A stretch of DNA of 57,026 bases from Nitrospinota bacterium (GCA_046581755.1 JAYGFR010000364.1:1-57026); one strand, 5' to 3'; counted from the first letter of the stretch, positions 8,271-18,896 are shown. The notes: a model not told the origin generated them from the letters alone. A program made the numbers and translations.

Positions 8271-8328
8271 CGTTTCGAAATATTCGCTCTAGGAGGTGCC
8301 CGGACGGCGGTCCCAGGCCGGGCTTGGG

Positions 8329-9315
8329 TCAGGAGGCTGATTCTCCGAAGAGGGCGGCGGTAAAGGCGTTGGCGTCGAAGGGGAGGAGGTCGGCGATGCC
8401 TTCTCCGACGCCGATCCAGCGGACGGGGATGCCGCTCTGGTGGACGGCGCCGATGAGGACGCCACCCTTGGCGCTGCCGTCGAGCTTGGTGATGACGAGA
8501 CCGGTGACGCCGAGGGCGGGGCCGAAGCGGGCGACCTGGGCGAGGGCGTTCTGGCCGGAGGTGGCGTCGAGGACGAGGAGGACTTCGTGGGGCGCGCCGG
8601 GGATTTGGCCGGCGGCGACACGGCGGATCTTGACGAGTTCGTCCATGAGGTTTTGCTGGGTGTGGAGGCGGCCGGCGGTGTCGACAAGGAGAACACCGGC
8701 GCCGCGGGCGCGGGCGGCGGCGATGGCGTCGAAGACGACGGCTCCCGGGTCGGCGCCCTCTTTGTGGCGAACGATCTGACAACCAGCGCGCTCAGCCCAG
8801 ACTTCGGCCTGCTCGCCGGCGGCGGCGCGGAAGGTATCGGCGGCGGCGAAAACGACGATCTGGCCTTCGGCTGCGAGGCGGGCGGCGATTTTTCCGGCGG
8901 TGGTGGTTTTTCCGGCGCCGTTGACTCCGGCGAGAAGTATGACACGGGGCTCTCCGGGCGGAGGGTCGGCGGGTGCGGCCGGAGGGTCGGCGGCAGGACG
9001 CTCGATGAGGTCCAGGAGAATCGACTGGATGCGCTCGGCCGGGGTCTCTCTTTTTCCCTCGCCCCGGCGGAGGCGATCGAGAACGGTTTCGACGGCCCCA
9101 GGCCCGATGTCGGCCATGTAGAGAACTTCTTCGATCTCGTCGATGGTTTCCAGATCGAAGCGGGTTCGCCCGACAAGAGCGGATTCGATACGGGCAACGA
9201 AGGATTCGCGCGTTTTGGCGAGGCCCCTTCGCAGACGCCCGAAAAAGCCTTTTTCCTTCTCGCCGATCAATTCGGAGGGTTTGTCATTTTCGTTTTTTCC
9301 GAATCCAAAACCCAA
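8329..9315 (-). CDS. ftsY: Signal recognition particle receptor FtsY
   Basis: GVNGAGKTTT, DTFRAAA, DTAGR, TKLDGSAKGG and GVGE motifs. Confidence 0.97.
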   Translation of the reverse strand: MGFGFGKNENDKPSELIGEKEKGFFGRLRRGLAKTRESFVARIESALVGRTRFDLETIDEIEEVLYMADIGPGAVETVLDRLRRGEGKRETPAERIQSILLDLIERPAADPPAAPADPPPGEPRVILLAGVNGAGKTTTAGKIAARLAAEGQIVVFAAADTFRAAAGEQAEVWAERAGCQIVRHKEGADPGAVVFDAIAAARARGAGVLLVDTAGRLHTQQNLMDELVKIRRVAAGQIPGAPHEVLLVLDATSGQNALAQVARFGPALGVTGLVITKLDGSAKGGVLIGAVHQSGIPVRWIGVGEGIADLLPFDANAFTAALFGESAS

Positions 9316-9452
9316 TTTGGATCGCCTCCTGGTGGATTCGCCCGATTTTCCGTTTTAATAAAGAACCCCCGCTCCAAGCCGTATGGACCGAGATACGGGG
9401 GTTCGTTCAACCGATTCAGGCCAGGCATATTCACCCGGCGCACCAATGCGGT

Positions 9453-12400
9453 TTATGCCTCCATTTCGGTGGCGACTTCATTCTCCTTGGCGCCATTATC
9501 CTCCGCGTCCGGGCGATTCATCTTCACGGAGACGATGATGGAAACGCCCTTTTCGCGCTGGGTGACGCCGTAAAGCCGAGATGCGTAGGACATGGTCCGT
9601 TTGTTGTGGGTGATGAGGATGAACTGGCTCCGGGACTCCATCTCTCCAATCACATCCCGGAACCTCCCCACATTCGCATCATCGAGGGTGGCGTCCACCT
9701 CATCCAGAAGGCAGAACGGGCTTGGACGGACAGAAAAAACGGAAAAGAGAAGCGCAAGGGCAGTCAGCGCCTTCTCCCCAGACGAAAGGAGCATGATATT
9801 TCCAGGGCGCTTGCCCGGGGGGCGAACCTCAATGTCCACCCCCGTCTCTAACGGGTCATTTGGATCCAGAAGATACATGCGTGCTTCACCGCCCTGGAAT
9901 AAGCGTCCAAATATTTCGGAAAATTTTTGACTCACCTGCTCGAATGCCTCGGTGAAACGTTTTCGCGTCGTTTTGTTTAATTTATCAATGGTCGTATGCA
10001 GGTCCTGAATGGAATTTTCGAGGTCTTCCTGCTGCTCGCTCAAGAAAGAATATTCCTGATTGATTTCATCATATTCATGAGCCGCCAGAGGATTGACTTC
10101 ACCCATTCGGGCCAAGCGTTGTCGGAGCATATCGAGACGATTAACATGCTCCTGATATTCTGGGAGGAATTCCATGTAATCTTGTGCAACCGGAATCAAA
10201 TCGATACCAAACTCATTGCGTGCGGATTCTATTAGAGCCTCCCGCTGCACACGAATGGTGGTCCGCCGCTCTGCCAAATCGGTGAGGAGTGCCTGAATTT
10301 GAGCAGCTTCATCGCGCATATTCGGCAACAACTCGCCTAACTCCTCATCCCGGGCCCGAATCTCCTCCAGGATTCGAGATCGTTCGCCCTGCTCGGTTTC
10401 TATTAACAACTTATCTTTTTTGAGGCGTTCAATTTCTTCGCGGCTCTGGGCAATATTCAGGTGCAAGCTTTCGCGTTTATTGACGGAATCTTCTTCTTCC
10501 TCACGCCTTCGGGCCACACGGGCTTTATTCTGGTGAATTCCATCGATTACCCGCTGAATCTCGGCACTAACTCCGGTGGCTTTTCCTTGGACCACAGTCA
10601 AGAGGACCCGGCGATCAGATGCCTGTTCTTCCATCTGGGCCAGTTTTTCTCCGAAATGTTTTAAATTCTTTTGGGCATCGACGATCCGGGCATCAACCTC
10701 CTGAAGCATACCGGAGGTTCTAGCCCCTTCTTTTTCCGCTTCTTGGTGCTCAAGATCGATGCGGTTAACCTCGATTTTCAATTGGGAATGCTGGTGGGAA
10801 AGTGCTCGAAATCGATTATCAGAAACTGCCAATTTTTCCTGTGAAGCGCGGAGCTTTCCCTCTATCTCGACACGAGTCAACTCCGTTTGGCGAACAGTTT
10901 GTGTCGCCTGGTCCAACGCATCCTGAATGCATTCGAGACTTTCCCGGTAAAACGATTCTCTCTCGCCTAAGTCATCTAGCCGGGTTTCCAATGCCGCTGC
11001 CTCAATCCGCATTTCTTCACAGCGGCGCTTTCTTTCCAATAGCCCCGCACGGGGGTCAGCAGCGGAACCGCCCTCGACACAGCCAGATGGGTAGACAACT
11101 TCACCTGTCAGAGTCACCCACGTAATCCCTTCGGACCCTTTCTGCCATGCCTCAAATGCAACTCCCAAATCGCGGACAATCCCGATATTGGAAAGAAGTG
11201 CTTCCATCAGGGGGCGGTACTCATTCGGGAACTCGACAAGGTCGATCGCCCTTCCTTCAATTCCTCCGGCTGACGGAATGTAATGCGACGAAACTCCTCT
11301 TGAATTCACCGGATGAATGATTCCACGGCCTGCCATCCCAGAAGACACCAGTTTTTTGATCGCAACTGCAGCCGATTCGGGATCGGATACAATTACTCCA
11401 TCGATATTCATGCCAAGCGCCGCTTCGATTGCAATTTCATGGCGCGACTTAACCTTAATTAAATCGGCTAATGCTCCACGAACCTCAACTCCCAGACCTC
11501 GGATTTTTTCGACTCCAATTTTATCCTGCGATGAATCTCCCTCGATATTTTCCAACGCCTGAACCGAAGAACGAATTCCAACGAGAGTTTCCTTCGAATC
11601 CGTGATCAATTCTTCATATTCCTTCAACGACGACTCTATCTTGTCTTTTTCCGCGATAATCTTTTCGGCCTCTTTTCTCGATGAGGCAACCTTGGCGGAC
11701 AAATCAGTGAGATTAGCAGTAAACCATTCTACTTCATTTTGAAGTTCGCCACGGGTGGTCTCTAGTTCAGATAACTCCTGGGCCAATTTGTCGATCGATT
11801 CTCGAATTACATCCCGCCTTGAGATAGCAGAAGCAACTCGCTGATGGGTGTTATTGAGTCTTTCGGCCTCACGAGAACTCAACTCCCGTCTTTCATTTTC
11901 CCTTTTTTCCCATTCAGCCATTTCTGATCGAAGGCCAATTAATTCGTCCGAGATCAACTCGTATTGACCTTTTGCGACCTCCACCTCTTCCGAAAGAGAA
12001 ACTTCAAGGGCCGTTAACTCGCCCCGTTCCTCCTCAAGATCATGCGCTTCTTTTTGCAACGACTGCATCTCTTCCCGTCGGCGCTCATCTTCACCATCGA
12101 GTTCAACGAGACGGCCCGAGAGCATCTCCAAACGATTTTCTAGGCGCTGAAGATACCCCTCCACCTCCACTGCCCTGCGACGGACATCGGCAAGTGCCTC
12201 AGACCGCTCTGCCAAATCGACCCGGCATTTTTCGCGATCAGCTTCCCTGGCCGAAAACGCCCCGGCATGAACCTCTTTTCTTTCATTTACGGCGGAATAT
12301 TCCCGCTCAATTGGTTTCAATTCCCCGTCAAGGCGAAGAAGATCCATTCCCGACATTCGCAATTCGAGCTCTTTAATTTCTTTTTGGTATTCTTTATGGA

Positions 12401-13052
12401 ATGTAGCTTTCCGAGCCTGGCGCCGAAGCAATCTGAGCCGAGACTCCTTTTCACGTATCACGTCGCCCACTCTCAGGAGATTGGCCTGGGCAAGTTCAAG
12501 TTTTCTCAACGCCTCATTTCGCCGGTTTTTATATTTCATAATACCGGCGGCTTCTTCTATGAGTATTCGCCGGTCAATCGGCTTGGCGTTGACAAGCCCC
12601 TCAATTCGGCCTTGCTCAACTATCGAAAATGTATCCAGCGATACTCCAGTATCCAAAAATAAATCAACGACATCTTTCAGGCGACAAGGATTGCGGTTAA
12701 TTAGGTACTCACTCTCGCCGGATCTGTACAAACGCCGGGTAACGACAATTTCGCCATAATCCGAAAATTGAGGAGACGAAACGACACCCTTCAAATCGGA
12801 AATAGTGAGTGAAACCTCCGCCATCCCCAAAGGTTTTCTATCAGCACTTCCGTTAAAAATGACGTCTTCCATCTTTTTGGCCCGAAGGTTTTTCGGACCT
12901 TGCTCACCCAATACCCAGCGGATAGCATCACTAACGTTACTTTTTCCGCATCCATTCGGACCCACGATCGCAGTCAAATCGCCACTAAATTCAATGACAG
13001 TTTTATCCACGAAGGACTTAAATCCCAACATTTCCAGACGCTTAAATTTCAA
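9453..13052 (-). CDS. smc: Chromosome segregation protein SMC
   Basis: GFKSF, GPNGCGKSN Walker A, long coiled coils with hinge, LSSGEK signature, LDEVD Walker B. 1199 aa. Confidence 0.97.
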   Translation of the reverse strand: MKFKRLEMLGFKSFVDKTVIEFSGDLTAIVGPNGCGKSNVSDAIRWVLGEQGPKNLRAKKMEDVIFNGSADRKPLGMAEVSLTISDLKGVVSSPQFSDYGEIVVTRRLYRSGESEYLINRNPCRLKDVVDLFLDTGVSLDTFSIVEQGRIEGLVNAKPIDRRILIEEAAGIMKYKNRRNEALRKLELAQANLLRVGDVIREKESRLRLLRRQARKATFHKEYQKEIKELELRMSGMDLLRLDGELKPIEREYSAVNERKEVHAGAFSAREADREKCRVDLAERSEALADVRRRAVEVEGYLQRLENRLEMLSGRLVELDGEDERRREEMQSLQKEAHDLEEERGELTALEVSLSEEVEVAKGQYELISDELIGLRSEMAEWEKRENERRELSSREAERLNNTHQRVASAISRRDVIRESIDKLAQELSELETTRGELQNEVEWFTANLTDLSAKVASSRKEAEKIIAEKDKIESSLKEYEELITDSKETLVGIRSSVQALENIEGDSSQDKIGVEKIRGLGVEVRGALADLIKVKSRHEIAIEAALGMNIDGVIVSDPESAAVAIKKLVSSGMAGRGIIHPVNSRGVSSHYIPSAGGIEGRAIDLVEFPNEYRPLMEALLSNIGIVRDLGVAFEAWQKGSEGITWVTLTGEVVYPSGCVEGGSAADPRAGLLERKRRCEEMRIEAAALETRLDDLGERESFYRESLECIQDALDQATQTVRQTELTRVEIEGKLRASQEKLAVSDNRFRALSHQHSQLKIEVNRIDLEHQEAEKEGARTSGMLQEVDARIVDAQKNLKHFGEKLAQMEEQASDRRVLLTVVQGKATGVSAEIQRVIDGIHQNKARVARRREEEEDSVNKRESLHLNIAQSREEIERLKKDKLLIETEQGERSRILEEIRARDEELGELLPNMRDEAAQIQALLTDLAERRTTIRVQREALIESARNEFGIDLIPVAQDYMEFLPEYQEHVNRLDMLRQRLARMGEVNPLAAHEYDEINQEYSFLSEQQEDLENSIQDLHTTIDKLNKTTRKRFTEAFEQVSQKFSEIFGRLFQGGEARMYLLDPNDPLETGVDIEVRPPGKRPGNIMLLSSGEKALTALALLFSVFSVRPSPFCLLDEVDATLDDANVGRFRDVIGEMESRSQFILITHNKRTMSYASRLYGVTQREKGVSIIVSVKMNRPDAEDNGAKENEVATEMEA

Positions 13053-13165
13053 AACGGATTCCTCGGCAGGCGACTAGTTATCTTTGAAATAAAAGGGCGG
13101 GGAAGTAATTCAAACTAACAGAATCTCTAATTGAACGCAAAGGATATCTGCCGGTTTCATATCGA

Positions 13166-14002
13166 TTAACCCTTCATTCTCTCTCCCGATTCCCCGACAA
13201 GCATTTCAATGGACTCTCGAGCAGCTATCTGTTCCGCCTCTTTTTTACTCCGCCCCTCACCCTTTCCAAGCACCTTCCCTGAGTGGTAAACTTCAACATT
13301 GAATATTTTATCATGTTCTGGACCAGATTCATGAGTAACATGGTAGACAGGCAGGTGGCTGTCTGTCCGCTGGAGTTCTTGCTGAAGTTTACTCTTATAG
13401 TCATCCGCTAAAATATCACCCTCTTCAACATCCGAATCTCTCCAGAACCAATATTCCACAACTTCAGCACATTTTTTATATCCCGCATCCAGGTAAATCG
13501 CACCGACAAGTGCCTCAAGTACATCAGCCAAAATAGATGATTTCTGTCGGCCACCGGTCTTCAATTCCCCTTTTCCCAAACGGATATACTTGGACAAATC
13601 CATCTCGCGGGCAACATTGGCCAAAGCCCGGCCGCTAACTTTTTCCGATCGGCGGCGGGTCAAAACACCTTCATCTTCCCATTCCAACTCGGCCCATAAC
13701 CGTTTGGTCACTATCATTTGAAGGACAGAGTCGCCTAAAAATTCAAGCCTTTCGTTATCCGCCTCCGGTGGAATTACCTCCTGGGAATATGAACGATGCG
13801 TGAGAGCCTGGATGATTAGCTTTTTATCGAAAAATTTATGGCCGATATATTGTTCCAACTCACTCAAGGGGGATGAAATTTTCTCGGCAGCCAGATTAAA
13901 GGCATTTTTATTCAATGCCTTGCGTTGAGAATGGTCGGAAGATTCGATTAGAGGAATTTTATGCAGCGTCGGGTTCGGTTTTTTGGAATAGGAGTGTGGC
14001 AT
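13166..14002 (-). CDS. rnc: Ribonuclease III
   Basis: ALTHRS, NERLEFLGDSVL, dsRBD (DYKSKLQ, GPEH, SKKEAEQ). Start uncertain: ATG 14002 has a GGAGG RBS but overlaps fabF, and a later TTG near 13867 is possible. Confidence 0.93.
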   Translation of the reverse strand: MPHSYSKKPNPTLHKIPLIESSDHSQRKALNKNAFNLAAEKISSPLSELEQYIGHKFFDKKLIIQALTHRSYSQEVIPPEADNERLEFLGDSVLQMIVTKRLWAELEWEDEGVLTRRRSEKVSGRALANVAREMDLSKYIRLGKGELKTGGRQKSSILADVLEALVGAIYLDAGYKKCAEVVEYWFWRDSDVEEGDILADDYKSKLQQELQRTDSHLPVYHVTHESGPEHDKIFNVEVYHSGKVLGKGEGRSKKEAEQIAARESIEMLVGESGERMKG

Positions 14003-15218
14003 TCGTCCCTCCAAATCCGAATGAGTTCGCGAGTGCGTAGCGGATATCCACCTGGCGAGACTGATTGGGTACATAATCAAGATCGCAATCAGGATCGTGG
14101 TTTTCGTAATTGATCGTTGGCGGCACAACTCCATTTCTGATGGAAAGCACCGTGAAAATCGATTCGATTCCACCAGAAGCGCCTAGGAGATGGCCCGTCA
14201 TTGACTTCGTTGAACTGATAGGAATTTTGTGGGCTTGTTCTCCAAAAGTTCGTTTAATGGCGATCGTTTCCAGCTTATCGTTGAGGGGAGTGGATGTACC
14301 GTGGGCGTTGATATAATCAATATCCTCAACTGTGACACCAGCATCCTGAATCGCCATATTCATAGACATGGCCGCACCCTCCCCATCCGGATCCGGAGAA
14401 GTAATATGATACGCATCGGCGCTAAGTCCGTAGCCCGAAATTTCCGCGTAGATTTTTGCCCCTCTTTCAATGGCATGTTCATGTCGTTCGAGAATTAAAA
14501 CACCTGACCCTTCACCCATTACAAATCCGTTTCGCTCGGCGTCGAATGGCCTACTTGCGCGTTTGGGGTCATCGTTGCGAGTGCTTAATGCTCGCATCGC
14601 ACAAAATCCGCCCATCGCCAATTCCGTAATGCACGATTCGCTTCCGCCTGTTATCATGACGTCAGCGATACCTCGCTGGATAAATTTCATTGCATCGCCA
14701 ATGGCGTGGTTGCCCGATGCACAAGCCGTCACGGTGCAAACGTTCGGGCCTTTTAAACCCCAGCGAACGGATATCTGACCCGCGGCGAGATTGGCAAGCA
14801 ACATGGGAATAAAAAATGGACTCAACCGTTTCGGTCCCTTTTCCTCCAAAATGCCTTTATAGTTCTCGATAGCCGGCAAACCACCCAAACCAACACCAAT
14901 CACTGCACCGTACCGGTGAGCGATCTCCTTATCGGGCCTTTTCAAGTCAGCATCATCAAAGGCCATCTGCGTAGCGCCCAAGACATACTGAATAAAAGTG
15001 TCCATCTTCTTAATTTCTTTTCGCTCGATATAGTCTTCTGGGTTATAGTTCTTCACTTCCCCGCAAATCTGGGAGGGCAACCGCTCCGGATCAAACCGTG
15101 TCACCTTATCGATTCCAGATCTACCTGCCACCAATGAGTCCCAATTTTCCTGCAGGCCAATCCCCAGAGGAGTAACCAAACCCATTCCCGTGACGACTAC
15201 ACGAACATCACTAGACAC
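13959..15218 (-). CDS. fabF: 3-oxoacyl-ACP synthase II
   Basis: RVVVTGMG, TACAS catalytic Cys, HGTST, GHLLG, NSFGFGGTN. GTG start inferred at 15218. Confidence 0.97.
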   Translation of the reverse strand: MSSDVRVVVTGMGLVTPLGIGLQENWDSLVAGRSGIDKVTRFDPERLPSQICGEVKNYNPEDYIERKEIKKMDTFIQYVLGATQMAFDDADLKRPDKEIAHRYGAVIGVGLGGLPAIENYKGILEEKGPKRLSPFFIPMLLANLAAGQISVRWGLKGPNVCTVTACASGNHAIGDAMKFIQRGIADVMITGGSESCITELAMGGFCAMRALSTRNDDPKRASRPFDAERNGFVMGEGSGVLILERHEHAIERGAKIYAEISGYGLSADAYHITSPDPDGEGAAMSMNMAIQDAGVTVEDIDYINAHGTSTPLNDKLETIAIKRTFGEQAHKIPISSTKSMTGHLLGASGGIESIFTVLSIRNGVVPPTINYENHDPDCDLDYVPNQSRQVDIRYALANSFGFGGTNATLLFQKTEPDAA

Positions 15219-15288
15219 CTTAAATATTCTCCCACGAATTTCGAAACCAAAAACCAAGCGGCTTCACTTTTGTTATCCGCGACGCAAC

Positions 15289-15525
15289 CTAACCATTGGC
15301 CTGAATGTAGGTGACCGCATCTTGGACCGTGGTAATATTTTCGGCATCCTCATCTGGAATATCAATGCTGAATTTTTCCTCAAACGCCATTACCAACTCT
15401 ACGGTGTCAAGTGAATCCGCCCCGAGATCTTCAATGAAGGATGCTTCCGGAACCACCTTTTCAGCTTCAACGCTTAACTGGTCTACTATAATTTCCTTTA
15501 CTCTTTTTTCAACATTTTCCGCCAC
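15289..15525 (-). CDS. acpP: Acyl carrier protein
   Basis: [12 protein letters not shown] phosphopantetheine site. GTG start at 15525 gives 78 aa. Confidence 0.97.
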   Translation of the reverse strand: MAENVEKRVKEIIVDQLSVEAEKVVPEASFIEDLGADSLDTVELVMAFEEKFSIDIPDEDAENITTVQDAVTYIQANG

Positions 15526-15663
15526 AGATTTTCCCCCCTGTCGCGATTTAAGCACATCCCGAAGGACCTTCCCAGCCAGATGACTTCGCGCCATGGCCAA
15601 AGGCTTTCGAGACGGCGAATCCCAACGAAGTTCGCCAATAGGTCCCAAATTCCCACCACTTAC

Positions 15664-16632
15664 CTACTGACTAGTCAAATTCGGCAATTTAGATATGGTT
15701 TTCTCCAAGGTCTCCTCATTTTCCACATTGAATACCGGGATATCCCTGGCAATTCTCTTATTCAAACCCGATAAAACCCTTCCGGGGCCTACCTCGATAA
15801 AGGCGTCGATATTCTCTTTTGCAGCAGATCGAACTGAATCTTCCCATCGAACCGGAGCGCGAACCTGTTTTTTCAATAGTTCACGGGCCTCCATTCTGTC
15901 TATAACAGGCCGGCTAGTTACGTTAGAGTAAACTGGAACTGTAAGTTCGCAAAAATTTGCCGAGTCCAGAATCGTGCTCATTCGCTCGCCCGCCTCCGTA
16001 AGGAGGGAACTATGAAAGGGTGCCCCTACCGGCAACATCACCACTTTTCGGACGCCATGAACTTCAGCCAGCAATACGGCAGATTCCACCGCCTTTCGCT
16101 CCCCAGAAATTACAAAATGGCCGGGAGCATTGTAATTTGCAACCTCAACAATTCCATCTGCCTCCGAGCAAACCCTTTCAGCAACTTCTTGCTCCAGCCC
16201 GAGCAATGCTGCCATCACTCCCCCATTTTTCGGTACGGCACTTTGCATGAACCTTCCTCGCTCTTTAACCAAACCAAGAGCGGTCGGGAAATCTAAAGCA
16301 CCTACCGAAAGCAACGCGGAATATTCGCCCAAACTATGGCCCATCGCCAACACCGGGTAAATCCCTCTTTCGCGAAGTAAAAATTGGGCAATATAGCTGT
16401 GTACCATAATCGCCGGCTGGGTGTTAGAAGTTTGCGTTAGCTCCTCTTTTGGCCCATTAAAGCTGAGGTCGGCAATATCCCATCCTAGAATCTCATTGGC
16501 CTGTCCATATACCTTGCGGGCAAAAGAAAAACGATCATAAAATCCTTTTCCCATCCCCACATATTGAGACCCTTGTCCCGGAAAAAGAAAAGCCACTCGG
16601 CACGAATGCAAGACAATCTCCAAGCTAGACAA
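15664..16632 (-). CDS. fabD: Malonyl-CoA:ACP transacylase
   Basis: FPGQGSQ, TQPA, GHSLGEY and FHS motifs. Start approximate. Confidence 0.96.
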   Translation of the reverse strand: MSSLEIVLHSCRVAFLFPGQGSQYVGMGKGFYDRFSFARKVYGQANEILGWDIADLSFNGPKEELTQTSNTQPAIMVHSYIAQFLLRERGIYPVLAMGHSLGEYSALLSVGALDFPTALGLVKERGRFMQSAVPKNGGVMAALLGLEQEVAERVCSEADGIVEVANYNAPGHFVISGERKAVESAVLLAEVHGVRKVVMLPVGAPFHSSLLTEAGERMSTILDSANFCELTVPVYSNVTSRPVIDRMEARELLKKQVRAPVRWEDSVRSAAKENIDAFIEVGPGRVLSGLNKRIARDIPVFNVENEETLEKTISKLPNLTSQ

Positions 16633-16726
16633 TGGCCCTTCATCGTGTGAATTGGGCCCAATGTAATCTTCACTTATAGAACGGTTATCGGGGCAGACAT
16701 CAGACCAGAATGAAACTAAATATTAA

Positions 16727-17719
16727 TTACCATTCGACCAACGCAGCGCCCCACGTAAGGCCGCCTCCAAAAGCAGCCATCAGAACGTTGTCGCCCCGCC
16801 GAATTTTTCCTTCCCTAACCTGCTCATCCAAAGCAACCGGAATCGTTGCAGAGGACATATTACCATATTTTTCTATCGTTACGATGACTTTATCCATTGA
16901 CAATTCCAAGCGCTTGGCCACTGCCTCGATTATCCTGATATTTGCCTGGTGAGGAATGAACAAATCAATATCATCCACAGTCATTTGATTCCTCTCTAAC
17001 GTCTCAGCGCAAACATCGCTGAAATGGCGGACAGCCGTCTTGAACGTTTTGTGGCCTTTCATCTTTAGGGTGTGGGCATTTGATTTTGCATCATCTGGGG
17101 AAATTGGGGAAAGTCGAGAACCGCCGCTGATAATTACAATATTTTCCGCATCTTTCCCATCGCTGTAAAGCCGGGAATCTATTAATCCCTTTTGTCCGTT
17201 TTCCGCAGGTGCCATGACCACCGCACCGGCTCCGTCTCCCCAAAGGATACAACTCCTTCGATCGGTCCAATCTACCACTCGAGTCATAATATCCACGGAC
17301 ACGACCAAAACATTTTTCGCTATCCCCGAACGGATATAAGCATCAGCTACCTGAAGGCCGTACACGAATCCCGAACAAGCCGCATTTAAGTCAAAAGCCA
17401 CTGCCCGAGTTGCTCCAATTTGCGCCTGAAGCCAACACGCCGCTGAAGGACACATCGAATCTGGAGTTAGAGTGGTCAGGATGATTAAATCAACATCCGT
17501 CGGATTCATTCCGGCTGCTTCCAAAGCATTTCGAGACGCCGGGATGGATAAGTCCGATGCCGCCATATCCTGAGAAGCCACCCTTCGTTCGCGTATTCCG
17601 GTGCGATTGAATATCCACTCGTCTGTGGTATCAACCATTTTTTCGATGTCTTTGTTGGAAAGAATTTTTTCGGGAACGTATGAACCTGTTCCCAAAATTA
17701 CAGAATGGGTCATTTTCAC
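16727..17719 (-). CDS. fabH: 3-oxoacyl-ACP synthase III
   Basis: AACSGF, PHQAN, YGNMSSA and FGGGLTW motifs. Start at 17719 (GTG) or 17713 (ATG). Confidence 0.96.
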   Translation of the reverse strand: MKMTHSVILGTGSYVPEKILSNKDIEKMVDTTDEWIFNRTGIRERRVASQDMAASDLSIPASRNALEAAGMNPTDVDLIILTTLTPDSMCPSAACWLQAQIGATRAVAFDLNAACSGFVYGLQVADAYIRSGIAKNVLVVSVDIMTRVVDWTDRRSCILWGDGAGAVVMAPAENGQKGLIDSRLYSDGKDAENIVIISGGSRLSPISPDDAKSNAHTLKMKGHKTFKTAVRHFSDVCAETLERNQMTVDDIDLFIPHQANIRIIEAVAKRLELSMDKVIVTIEKYGNMSSATIPVALDEQVREGKIRRGDNVLMAAFGGGLTWGAALVEW

Positions 17720-17742
17720 ACCAGAAGGGGGCGAGGTTATGA

Positions 17743-18873
17743 TTAATTTTTAGTCAAATTCGAGTCATTTTCGCCAGAGGATCCTCCGCTCTCGCTGGAT
17801 TCATCTGCTGAGCCTCCGTGAAAAATACCTTCTCGAATCTGACCCCAAAGACGCCATCCTGGCTCAGATCTTCGCTGGATGGAGATTTGTTTGTCAACCT
17901 CGTCCTGAATCTTGCTGTTTAGCCCCTTATCCATCAAGCGGCCGGTGGCCCGAAGAGCATTCTTCACCGTTTTGGACTCGCTCCGTCCGTGACCAATCAT
18001 TGTTAGGCCATTGAGGCCGAGCAGTGGTGCAGCCCCATATTCGGAATAGTCCGTCCTCTGCCGCATAGATTTCAGGCCGTTTTGAAGAAACATATACCCA
18101 ATCTTGCTTCGAACCGAATGAGTCACCTCTTCACGAAGAAGCGTCGTGAGCATTTCGCTCAAACTTTCACTCACCTTTATTGCAACGTTTCCTGAAAATC
18201 CGTCGCAAACAATAACATCCACACTTCCTTGAAAAATGGTGTTTCCTTCTACATTTCCCATAAAATTCAGGTCACTTTTCGAAAAAAGCTGATAAGCCGA
18301 TTTCAGGGAATCCGTTCCCTTCGACTCCTCGCCTCCAACATTTAGCAATCCCACCGTAGGATTTGGAATTCCCAAAGCAATCTCGGAATAAATCTTGCCC
18401 ATGACGCCGAACTGGAAAAGATTTTGCGGCTTGGGAACCAAATTTGCCCCCACATCGAGCATGATGCTGAAACCCTTCAGCGTTGGAATAAGTGCCGCAA
18501 TCGCAGGCCTCAAAACCCCCTTCATTCGTTGAAGCACATGCAAAGAGACCGCGAATGCTCCTCCAGTATCTCCAGCGCTAAAAACCGCCTCTGCATCACC
18601 GCTTTTGACCAACTCAGCAGCGACGCGCATCGAGGAGTCTGTTTTAGATCTAAGGGATCGCGAAGGAGACTCTCCCATTTCGATAACCTGCGTCGCTTCG
18701 CGAATTTCAATCGGCAGGCCACGTGCTCCCAAACGCACGAACTCGGCATCGATCTTCTCGGGATTTCCGATCAGAATAGATTCGATACCCAATTCTCGAT
18801 AGGCAAGTATCGCACCTTCCACTAAAGCAGATGGCGCGTTGTCTCCCCCCATTGCATCAACAGCAATTTTCAT
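17743..18873 (-). CDS. plsX: Phosphate acyltransferase PlsX
   Basis: IAVDAMGGD, RPA, LDVGAN, CDGFSGN, HGRS. Has a short acidic/Ser-rich C-terminal tail. Confidence 0.96.
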   Translation of the reverse strand: MKIAVDAMGGDNAPSALVEGAILAYRELGIESILIGNPEKIDAEFVRLGARGLPIEIREATQVIEMGESPSRSLRSKTDSSMRVAAELVKSGDAEAVFSAGDTGGAFAVSLHVLQRMKGVLRPAIAALIPTLKGFSIMLDVGANLVPKPQNLFQFGVMGKIYSEIALGIPNPTVGLLNVGGEESKGTDSLKSAYQLFSKSDLNFMGNVEGNTIFQGSVDVIVCDGFSGNVAIKVSESLSEMLTTLLREEVTHSVRSKIGYMFLQNGLKSMRQRTDYSEYGAAPLLGLNGLTMIGHGRSESKTVKNALRATGRLMDKGLNSKIQDEVDKQISIQRRSEPGWRLWGQIREGIFHGGSADESSESGGSSGENDSNLTKN

Positions 18874-18896
18874 TTAATCACCCCTGAACAGGGCTT

